This document shows positions 37,213 through 45,448 of a DNA stretch of 64,000 bases, piece after piece. Positions within the stretch are counted from its first letter, which is position 1; each line of letters starts with the position of its first letter. Below the pieces are notes generated by a model that had not been told where the DNA came from, searched no databases, and worked only from the letters and a program-made list of their open reading frames with translations. The position numbers and the translations under genes are program-made. The stretch covers positions 22,322 through 86,321 of the forward strand of contig DATJYX010000065.1 of the NCBI GenBank assembly GCA_035577965.1. The letters are read 5' to 3'. The DNA comes from Vicinamibacteria bacterium (GTDB lineage Bacteria > Acidobacteriota > Vicinamibacteria > Fen-336).

Positions 37213-38754
37213 CTACTTCATCTGGGGGAAGCCGAGGTTCACCCCGCGGTGGTGAGGGTCGGGCCAGCGGCTCGTGACGACCTTGCCGCGCGTGTAGAAG
37301 TGGATTCCCTCGCGCCCGTGGACGTGGGAGTCGCCGAAGAGCGAGCTCTTCCAGCCGCCGAAGGAGTAGTAGGCCATCGGCACCGGGATGGGGACGTTGA
37401 CGCCGACCATGCCCACCTGGACTTCGTTCTGGAACCGGCGGGCGGCGCCTCCGTCGTTCGTGAAGATCGCGACGCCGTTCGCGTAGCGGTTCGCGTTGAC
37501 GAGGGAGATCGCCTCGTCGTAGCCACCGGTCCGGACGACGCTCAGCACGGGCCCGAAGATCTCGTCGGTGTAGATCGACATCTCGGGCTTCACCTCGTCG
37601 AAGAGGCACGGGCCGAGGAAGAAGCCCCCTTCGTGGCCGGGGACGCGGACCTTCCGCCCGTCCTCGAGGAGCCTCGCCCCCTCCCTCTCGCCCCTCTCGA
37701 CGTACGAGACGACCCGCGCGTGGTGGTCCTCCGTGACGAGCGGGCCCATCTCGGCGCCGGGCTCGTCCCCGGGCGCGACCTTGAGCCTCCGGATCCGCTC
37801 GCGGATCTTCGGAAGGAGGCGGTCGGCCACGTCGCCGACGGTGACGAGGACGGAGATCGCCATGCACCGTTCCCCCGCCGAGCCGTAGGCGGCGCTCACC
37901 GCCGAGTCGGCGGCGAGCTCGAGGTCGGCGTCGGGCAGCACCACCATGTGGTTCTTGGCCCCGCCGAGCGCCTGCACGCGCTTGCCGTTCCTCGTGGCGG
38001 TCTCGTAGACGTACCGGGCGATGGGCGTCGAGCCCACGAAGCTCACCGCCGCGATCCCGGGATGGCCGAGGATCGCGTCGACCGCAGCCTTGTCGCCGTG
38101 GACGACGCCAAAGACGCCCGGGGGCAGGCCGGCGTCGGCCAGGAGCCGTGCCGAGAAGTTCGCCGCCGAGGGGTCCTTCTCCGACGGCTTCAGGACGAAG
38201 GCGTTGCCGCACGCGATCGCGATCGGGTACATCCACATCGGCACCATGGCCGGGAAGTTGAAGGGCGTGATGCCGGCCACGACCCCGAGCGGCTGCCGGA
38301 TCGAGTAGCTGTCGACGTCGGTCGAGACGTTCTCGGAGAACTCCCCCTTGAGCAGTTGCGGCACGCCGCACGCGAACTCCACCACCTCGAGCCCGCGGTT
38401 CACCTCCCCGAGGGCGTCGGCCGCGACCTTTCCGTGCTCGCGGGTCAGGAGCGCGGCGAGCTCCGGCTTGTGCTTCTCCACGAGCTGCCGGAAGGCGAAC
38501 AGCACCCGCGTCCGCGTGGCGAGCGAGGCCTCGCGCCAGAGCGCGGCCCCCTTCGCGGCCGCCGCGACCGCCGCGTCGACGACGTCGGGCCCGGCGAACG
38601 CGACCCGGGCCTGGGGCTCGCCCGTCGCCGGGTTCATGATCGCGCCCCAGCGCTCGACCGGCCCTTCCCAGGTCCGGCCGTCCATCCAGTGGCGGACCTC
38701 GTCGAGCGCCGACCCCGCGCCCGGCTTCGCTTCGATCGTGGCGGCCATGTTCAT
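37213..38754 (-). CDS. mmsA: Methylmalonate/malonate-semialdehyde dehydrogenase (CoA-acylating)
   Basis: ALDH family; FNFPAM; catalytic Cys in GERCMA. Confidence 0.85.
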   Translation of the reverse strand: MNMAATIEAKPGAGSALDEVRHWMDGRTWEGPVERWGAIMNPATGEPQARVAFAGPDVVDAAVAAAAKGAALWREASLATRTRVLFAFRQLVEKHKPELAALLTREHGKVAADALGEVNRGLEVVEFACGVPQLLKGEFSENVSTDVDSYSIRQPLGVVAGITPFNFPAMVPMWMYPIAIACGNAFVLKPSEKDPSAANFSARLLADAGLPPGVFGVVHGDKAAVDAILGHPGIAAVSFVGSTPIARYVYETATRNGKRVQALGGAKNHMVVLPDADLELAADSAVSAAYGSAGERCMAISVLVTVGDVADRLLPKIRERIRRLKVAPGDEPGAEMGPLVTEDHHARVVSYVERGEREGARLLEDGRKVRVPGHEGGFFLGPCLFDEVKPEMSIYTDEIFGPVLSVVRTGGYDEAISLVNANRYANGVAIFTNDGGAARRFQNEVQVGMVGVNVPIPVPMAYYSFGGWKSSLFGDSHVHGREGIHFYTRGKVVTSRWPDPHHRGVNLGFPQMK

Positions 38755-38782
38755 CCCTCGTCCACAGGGAACTTGCGGCCAT

Positions 38783-38815
38783 CCGGGGGGGCGCTCTGCT
38801 GCCGCGCCCCCCCGG
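38783..38815 (-). other. Perfect 12-bp GC-rich hairpin (CCGGGGGGGCGC-9nt-GCGCCCCCCCGG) in the intercistronic region between the aminotransferase and mmsA
   Basis: Read directly from the sequence. No U-tract follows it on the transcribed (minus) strand. Confidence 0.8.
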
Positions 38816-38832
38816 CCCCCCTGGGCGGTGCG

Positions 38833-40190
38833 TCAGTCCTTCGCCGCCCGGTCCGTGATCTCGAGACCCTCGTCGATCGTCCGCAGGCCTTCCTCGATCT
38901 GGGCCTCGGTGATCGTGAGGGGCGGGTTCGCGAAGAACGTGTTCCAGCGCACGAAGGTGTAGAGCCCGTGCTCGCGGAAGAAGCGCCCGAGGGCGGCCAT
39001 CTCGTCCGACGTGCCCCCGTAAGGCGCCATGGGCTCGAACGTCTTCCGGCTCCGCACCAGCTCGAACATCCCGAAGAGGCCGATCGAGCGCGCGGCGCCC
39101 ACCGAAGGGTGCCTCTGCTCGAGCTCCTGCATGCGTCGCCGCAGGACCTCCCCCATCCGCCGGGCGTTCTCGACGAGACCCTCGTCCTCGTAGACGCCGA
39201 TCGTGGCGAGCGCCGTCGCGCAGGCGAGGGGGTGGCTGTTGTAGGTGAGGCCGCCCGGGAAGGCCCGGTCCTGGAAGGCCCGCACGATCGGCGGCCGCAG
39301 GCCCACCGCGCCGAGCGGCACGTAGGCCGAGGTGATGCCCTTGGCCATGGTCATGATGTCGGGCACGACGTTCCAGTGGTCGACCCCGAACCAGCGGCCG
39401 GTGCGCCCGAAGCCCGACATCACCTCGTCGGCGATCAGCAGGATGCCGTGGCGGTCGCAGATCTCCCGCACGCCCTGCAGGTAGCCGTCGGGCGGGATCA
39501 GGAGGCCGTTCGTGCCGACCACGGTCTCCATCAGGAACGCCGCGACGTTCGAGGCGCCCTCGTAGCGGATCACGTCCTCGAGCTCGCGCAGGCACGCGTC
39601 GACCGGCTCCGGCTCCTTCCGCCCCCACTTGTGGAACTCGGGGGCCCGGACGATGCCGGGGAGCCCGGGCTCGGCCGCCCAGCGGCGGGGATCGCCGGTG
39701 AGCGAGATCGCCCCCGCCGTGCCGCCGTGGTACGAGCGGTACCGCGCCAGCACCTTGTGCCGGCCCGTCGCGACCCGCGCCACGCGGATCGCGTTCTCGT
39801 TGGCCTCGGCCCCGCCGTTCGTGAAGAAGAAGGTCGAGATGTCGCCCGGAGCGAGCTCGGCGAGCTTCGCCCCGAGCCGGGCCCTCGGCTCGGAGGCCAG
39901 GAACGGGTTCACGTACGCGAGCACCGCCGCCTGCTCCTGGATCGCCTTCACCACCTTCGGATGGGAGTGGCCGACGTTCGAGCACATGAGCTGGCTGTTG
40001 AAGTCGAGGTAGCGCTTGCCCTCGGGCGTGTAGAAGTAGACGCCCTCCGCGCGCGCGACCGGGATCGGGTCCGCCTTCGACTGGGGCGACCATTCGTAGA
40101 TCGTGTGGCGCCGGCAAAGGGAGACGATCTCCTCGCCGGTGAGAGCGGAACGGGTGACGACGGAGCTCATCGGGGTACCTCGAGTGTGGC
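38833..40190 (-). CDS. Class III aminotransferase (beta-alanine--pyruvate / omega-transaminase type)
   Basis: Class-III fold; PLP lysine in IMTMAKGITSAYVPLG; start MSSVVTRS chosen over the upstream artefactual extension. Confidence 0.8.
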
Positions 40191-40192
40191 GC

Positions 40193-41677
40193 CTAGCCCT
40201 CGGGCCAGGGCGAGGGGCGGAGGGCGGGCCGGAGACGCCGCTGCATGAGCGCGGCGTGGAGGAGGAAGGCCACGCCGAAGCCGGCGAACCAGGCGTAGTC
40301 GTAGAGCGGGCGGAGGGCCGGGAAGACGAGGCCGCCCCAGGCTGCGGCGCACCCGGCGAGCGTGGCGAGAAGGGCCGGGGAGCTCCAGCCGCCGTACTCA
40401 CCGTCCCCGAGGTACAGGTCCTCGAGGCGAAGCCGGCGCCGGCGCACCACCCAGTAGTCGGCGATCAGGACGCCCGCGATCGAGCCCAGTCCGCCCGAGT
40501 AGCCGAGGAGCCACGTGAAGATGTAGCCCGTGGGGTCGGCGAGGAGCTTCCAGGGCTGCATCAGGACGCCGAGGACCCCGGTGAGGAGGCCGCCGGCCTT
40601 GAAGTCGATGAAGCGGGGGAAGGCGTTGGCGAAGTCGTTCGCGGGCGAGACGACGTTCGCGGCGATGTTGACGGCGAGGGTGGCCACGACCGCGGTGAAC
40701 ATCGAGATCGCCACCACGGCCGGCGTCTCGAAGCGGGCCACGAGCTTCACCGGGTCCCAGACCGCCCGGCCGTAGATGATGACCGTGGCGCTCGTGACGA
40801 GGACTCCCATGGCCGAGAAGACGAACATCGTGGTGGGCAGGGCCACCACCTGCCCCCACACCTGCTCGCGCTGGCCGCGGGCGAAGCGCGTGAAGTCGGG
40901 CATGTTGAGGGAGAGGGTCGCCCAGAAGCCGATCATGGCGGTGAGGGAGGGAACGAAGACGGGCAGGAACTCGCCCAGGGTCCTGAACCTCCCCGGCTGC
41001 TGCAGGAGCGGTCCCACGCCGCCCGCCTCGCGGAGCGCCCACGCCACGAGGAGGCCGGTCATGGCGAGCACGAACGGGGCCGCCCAGTTCTCGACGAGCC
41101 GCAGCAGGTTCATGCCGCGGTAGATGATGGCCACGTTCAGCCCCCAGAAGAGGGCGAAGGACACCCACTCGGTCGTCGTGTGGGACGCGAAGCCCGGCCC
41201 GAGGAGCGTGGGCCAGCCGGGGACGAGGCTGGTGAAGAGCGTGTGGAGCGCCTCGCCGCCGATCCAGGCCTGGATCCCGAACCAGCCGCAGGCCACGAGG
41301 GCCCGCATCAGGGCGGGGACGTTCGAGCCGATCGTGCCGTAGGCGGCGCGGGCGAAGACGGGGAAGGGGATCCCGTACTTCGTGCCGGGGTGGGAGTTGA
41401 GCAGGATGGGGACGAGCACGATCGTGTTGCCGAGGAGGATGGTGACGAGGGCCTGCCACCAGCTCATCCCCGCGCTCATGAGGCCGGAGGCCAGCATGTA
41501 GGTGGGGATGCAGTGGGCCATGCTGACCCAGAGGGCGGCGTAGTTGTAGGTCGTCCAGTCGCGGCGGTCGAGCGGAACCGGGGCGAGGTCCCGGTTGTAG
41601 AGCGGGCTCGCCTCGATCCGATCGGTCCGGGCCAGCTCGACCCGCCCGTCCGCGTGGTGGCGCTCGTTCGCGGTCAT
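40193..41677 (-). CDS. NCS1 family nucleobase/hydantoin:cation symporter
   Basis: 12 TM; NCS1 signature region; adjacent to hydantoinase. Confidence 0.8.
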   Translation of the reverse strand: MTANERHHADGRVELARTDRIEASPLYNRDLAPVPLDRRDWTTYNYAALWVSMAHCIPTYMLASGLMSAGMSWWQALVTILLGNTIVLVPILLNSHPGTKYGIPFPVFARAAYGTIGSNVPALMRALVACGWFGIQAWIGGEALHTLFTSLVPGWPTLLGPGFASHTTTEWVSFALFWGLNVAIIYRGMNLLRLVENWAAPFVLAMTGLLVAWALREAGGVGPLLQQPGRFRTLGEFLPVFVPSLTAMIGFWATLSLNMPDFTRFARGQREQVWGQVVALPTTMFVFSAMGVLVTSATVIIYGRAVWDPVKLVARFETPAVVAISMFTAVVATLAVNIAANVVSPANDFANAFPRFIDFKAGGLLTGVLGVLMQPWKLLADPTGYIFTWLLGYSGGLGSIAGVLIADYWVVRRRRLRLEDLYLGDGEYGGWSSPALLATLAGCAAAWGGLVFPALRPLYDYAWFAGFGVAFLLHAALMQRRLRPALRPSPWPEG

Positions 41678-41681
41678 GGGC

Positions 41682-43082
41682 TCACGCCACGAGCGGACGC
41701 CCGGCCTGGCGCTTCACGAACTGGCCCCGGCCCGCCTTCCCCTTCCACTGCCCGCGGTCCACGATGACCTCGCCGCGGGAGAGGACGACCGCCGGCCCTC
41801 CCCTGACCACCCGCCCCTCGTAGGGGTTGTAGTCGACCCGCATGTGGTGGGTGGCCGCGGAGAGGGTCGTCTCCCTCTCGGGGTCCCAGAGCACGAGGTC
41901 CCCGTCGGAGCCCACCGCGATCGTGCCCTTCCTCGGCCACAGGCCGAACATCTTCGCCGGGCTCGTGGCCACGAGCTCCACGAAGCGGTGGACGTCGATG
42001 CGGCCCGCCCGCACGCCCCCGTCCCACACGAGGAGGAGGCGCGTCTCGATGCCGGGGGCGCCGTTCGGGATCTTCGAGAAGTCGTCCTTGCCGAGGGGCT
42101 TCTGGCCCGCGTCGTTCATGCAGAACGGGCAGTGGTCGGTCGACACCACCTGGAGGTCGTTCTTCTGGAGGCCCTTCCAGAGCGCGTCCTGGTTCCACTT
42201 CTCCCGCAGCGGCGGCGACATGACGTACTTGGCGCCCTCGAAGCCGGGCCGCTCGTAGTCGTCGTACGAGAGGAAGAGGTACTGCGGGCAGGTCTCGGCG
42301 TAGGCGGGAAGACCCATGTCGCGGGCCTGCTTCACCTTCTCGAGGGCGTCCGAGCAAGAGAGGTGGACGATGTAGATGGGCACGCCGGCCATCTCGGCGA
42401 GGGCGATCGCTCGGCCGGTGGCCTCGCCCTCGGCCCGCGTGGGCCGGGTGAGGGCGTGGTACTTCGGCGCCGTCTGGCCCTTGCGCAGCGCGTCCTTCAC
42501 CAGGGTGTCGATGACCCCACCGTTCTCGGCGTGCATGCAGACGAGCCCGCCGTTGTCGCGGGTACGCAGGAGCGCCTTGAAGATCGTGGCGTCGTCCACC
42601 ATGAAGACGCCCGGGTACGCCATGAAGAGCTTGAACGAGGTGACGCCCTCGTGGCGGACCATCCGGTCCATGTCGTGCGAGACCTGGTCGGTCAGCTCGC
42701 GCACGATCATGTGGAAGGCGTAGTCGATCGCCGCCTTGCCCTCGGCCCGCTTCATCCAGCCCTCGAAGGCGGGGTAGAGGCCCTGGCCGAAGTCCTGGAT
42801 CGCGAAGTCGATGAGGGTGGTGGTGCCGCCGTGGGCGGCGGCGATCGTCCCCGTCTCGAAGTCGTCGGCCGAGGTCGTGCCGCCGAACGGCATGTCGAGG
42901 TGGGTGTGCACGTCGATCCCGCCCGGCATCACGAGCTTGCCCGAGGCGTCGATCACGGTGTCGGCGGGGAGGGTGAGCCCCTGGCCGATGAGCGTCACCA
43001 CCCCCTTGTCGACGTACACGTCGGCGTCGTAGCGGTCGGAGGCGGTCACGATGGTGCCGTTCCGGACGAGCGTCGTGCCCAT
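41682..43082 (-). CDS. Dihydropyrimidinase / D-hydantoinase
   Basis: GGIDVHTHLDMPFGG and carboxylated-lysine region; cyclic amidohydrolase family. The 41682..45530 track ORF upstream extension is rejected. Confidence 0.85.
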   Translation of the reverse strand: MGTTLVRNGTIVTASDRYDADVYVDKGVVTLIGQGLTLPADTVIDASGKLVMPGGIDVHTHLDMPFGGTTSADDFETGTIAAAHGGTTTLIDFAIQDFGQGLYPAFEGWMKRAEGKAAIDYAFHMIVRELTDQVSHDMDRMVRHEGVTSFKLFMAYPGVFMVDDATIFKALLRTRDNGGLVCMHAENGGVIDTLVKDALRKGQTAPKYHALTRPTRAEGEATGRAIALAEMAGVPIYIVHLSCSDALEKVKQARDMGLPAYAETCPQYLFLSYDDYERPGFEGAKYVMSPPLREKWNQDALWKGLQKNDLQVVSTDHCPFCMNDAGQKPLGKDDFSKIPNGAPGIETRLLLVWDGGVRAGRIDVHRFVELVATSPAKMFGLWPRKGTIAVGSDGDLVLWDPERETTLSAATHHMRVDYNPYEGRVVRGGPAVVLSRGEVIVDRGQWKGKAGRGQFVKRQAGRPLVA

Positions 43083-43084
43083 GC

Positions 43085-44209
43085 TCAGGCCTTCACGGGC
43101 TCCGCGTAGCCCTCCTGCGCCTCGTAGCCCCCCTGGTAGCCGGCGGCGTCGGGCCTCTTGATCTGCGAGTGGGGCACGACCCGGCCCCGGCGCAGCCCCA
43201 CGACGTCGGCGAACCCGCGAATGCCCTTCCCCGCGTTCCTCTCGAAGAAGAGGGTGGCCTCGCGGAGGAGGCCCTTCACGACGTTCGGGCCGACGGCGTG
43301 GTCGAGCATGGCCGCGGTGCAGACCTGCACCGTGCCGCAGCCGAGCAGGAAGTAGTTGAGGGCGTGGCGGAACTCCGAGATCCCGCCGATGCCGGAGAAG
43401 CTCTTCTCGGGAAAGGCGCGCGTCATCTCCGACATCTTGGCGAGCGAGAGGGGCAGGATGGCGGGCCCGCCGAGGCCGCCGCTCGAGACCAGCCCCTCGA
43501 CGTTCATCTCGAACTCGAGGGAGTCCGCGTCCACGAGGGGCAGGGAGGGGAAGGTGTTCGACGAGGTCACCGCGTCGGCGCCGCCCCGGAAGACGGCCCC
43601 CGCCTCGAGGGCGATGTCGCCCGTCGCGGGGGTGAGCTTCGCCCAGACCGGCACCCGCGCCGCCTGCTTCACCACCTGGGTCACGAACGAGCAGAGCTGC
43701 TGGTCCTTGCCGATGTTCGAGCCCATGTCCTCGCGGTCCATGTGCGGGCAGGAGAGGTTCAGCTCGAGGCCGTCCGCGCCCGCGTCCTGGCAGGCGCGGG
43801 CCAGCGTGCGCCAGTGGTCGAGCTCGCGCTCCGTGCCCGAGCCGGCCATGATCGAGGCGATGAGCACGCGGTCGGGGAAGGCCTTCTTGATGCGCTCGAG
43901 ACGGGGGATCCACCAGTCGAGCGGCTTGTCGGAGATGAGCTCCCAGTTCCACGAGGAGTGCAGCACCCCGGCCCGCCCGCGGTTCATCGAGAGGACCCCC
44001 GTCTCGGGCTCGGTGCGGAGGAACTTCGTCTTCGGCCCGAGGACGTTGACGACCGGGTGCATGCCGATCGTCTTCGTGACCACCCCGCCCCAGCCCGCCT
44101 CGAACGCGCGGAGGATGTTGCTCTCCGACTCGGTGGGCGGCGCGGACGACAGCAGGAACGGGTTCTCGAAGCGGATCCCCGTGAAGGACACCGAGAGATC
44201 GACGCTCAT
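43085..44209 (-). CDS. Dihydropyrimidine dehydrogenase PreA-like FMN subunit (DHOD-like TIM barrel) lacking the C-terminal 4Fe-4S ferredoxin domain
   Basis: DHOD/DPD family motifs (GADGLELNLSCPH, catalytic Cys); C-terminus has no CxxCxxCxxxCP clusters. Confidence 0.7.
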   Translation of the reverse strand: MSVDLSVSFTGIRFENPFLLSSAPPTESESNILRAFEAGWGGVVTKTIGMHPVVNVLGPKTKFLRTEPETGVLSMNRGRAGVLHSSWNWELISDKPLDWWIPRLERIKKAFPDRVLIASIMAGSGTERELDHWRTLARACQDAGADGLELNLSCPHMDREDMGSNIGKDQQLCSFVTQVVKQAARVPVWAKLTPATGDIALEAGAVFRGGADAVTSSNTFPSLPLVDADSLEFEMNVEGLVSSGGLGGPAILPLSLAKMSEMTRAFPEKSFSGIGGISEFRHALNYFLLGCGTVQVCTAAMLDHAVGPNVVKGLLREATLFFERNAGKGIRGFADVVGLRRGRVVPHSQIKRPDAAGYQGGYEAQEGYAEPVKA

Positions 44210-44317
44210 GAATCCTCCTCGGCGCGTGCTCCTCTGGGAAGGGAGCCCCAAGAATAGCAGATCCGTCCCCCGCGCGAGGGGCGGGCGCCCGCGACGGACG
44301 GCGCTCGGCCGCCCGCC

Positions 44318-45187
44318 TCAGGGCGCGACGAGGGGTCCGTAGGCGTCCGGCCGGCGGTCGCGGAAGAACTGCCAGACCGAGCGCACCTCGTCGATCACGT
44401 GGAGGTCGAGGTCGGCCACCACCACCGCGTCCGCGTCGCGCGGGCCCTTGGCCACGATCTTCCCGCGCGGGTCGCAGAAGTAGCTCTTCCCGTAGAACTC
44501 GCCGATCTTCCAGGGCGGCTCGGTGCCCACGCGGTTGATCGCGCCGACGAAGTAGCCGTTCGCCACGGCGTGGGCGGGCTGCTCGAGCTCCCAGAGGTAC
44601 TCCGAGAGGCCGGCCACGGTGGCCGAGGGGTTGAACACGATCTCCGCCCCGTGGAGCCCGAGGGCGCGTGCGCCCTCCGGGAAGTGCCGGTCGTAGCAGA
44701 TGTAGACGCCGACCTTCGCGTACGCGGTCTCGAAGACCGGGTAGCCGAGGTTGCCGGGGCGGAAGTAGAACTTCTCCCAGAAGCCCGGCTTGCAGTGGGG
44801 GATGTGGGTCTTCCTGTACTTGCCGAGGTAGCGCCCGTCGGCGTCCACCACCGCGGCCGTGTTGTAGTAGACCCCCGCCTGCTCCTCCTCGTAGACCGGC
44901 ACCACCATCACCATCCGGTGCTTCTTCGCGAGCCGGCGCATGAGGGCGACGGTCGGCCCGTCGGGGACGCGCTCGGTGAGCTCGTACCAGCGCGTCTCCT
45001 GCTCGGCGCAGAAGTAGGGGCCGTAGAAGAGCTCCTGGAGGCAGAGGACCTGGACCTTGCGGCGCGCCGCCTCGCCGATGAGCTCCCCGTGCTTCGCGAT
45101 CATCGCCTTCTTGATCGCGGGAAGCCCGGCCTCGGGGCCGAGGACGTTGCGTGCCTGGATGAGTCCGCAGCGGACGGTGCGGGGCAT
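44318..45187 (-). CDS. Beta-ureidopropionase / N-carbamoyl-amidohydrolase (nitrilase superfamily)
   Basis: Glu-Lys-Cys triad context (catalytic Cys in VYICYDRHFPE); SD GAAGGAG upstream. Confidence 0.8.
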   Translation of the reverse strand: MPRTVRCGLIQARNVLGPEAGLPAIKKAMIAKHGELIGEAARRKVQVLCLQELFYGPYFCAEQETRWYELTERVPDGPTVALMRRLAKKHRMVMVVPVYEEEQAGVYYNTAAVVDADGRYLGKYRKTHIPHCKPGFWEKFYFRPGNLGYPVFETAYAKVGVYICYDRHFPEGARALGLHGAEIVFNPSATVAGLSEYLWELEQPAHAVANGYFVGAINRVGTEPPWKIGEFYGKSYFCDPRGKIVAKGPRDADAVVVADLDLHVIDEVRSVWQFFRDRRPDAYGPLVAP

Positions 45188-45448
45188 GGGTCGCTCCTTC
45201 CTCGAGCCAAAGGCGTGGCCCTGCGACGGCACGGCAGACGTGGGTTTCGGTCGACGTGAGGACGTGACGGGATCTTACCGTCGCCCGGCGAGAAGGTCCA
45301 TCGGCGCCCGATCCGCACGCCAGGAGGCGGGCCGCCCCGTGCGTCGAGACTGAGCCGTTCGATCCGGGCGCGGAGGAGGGCGGCTTCCTATAATCGCGCT
45401 CGCGGCACGGCGCCCGGGCGCGCGGTGCCGCCCAGGAGGGGGCGCCCC

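Noticed and set aside
33869-40248. 2082-aa minus-strand and 1517-aa plus-strand giant ORFs spanning the TonB-dependent-like receptor, mmsA and aminotransferase region
   Set aside because: No domain-like sequence and extreme R/G/P/A bias. They overlap well-supported genes on the other strand or frame.
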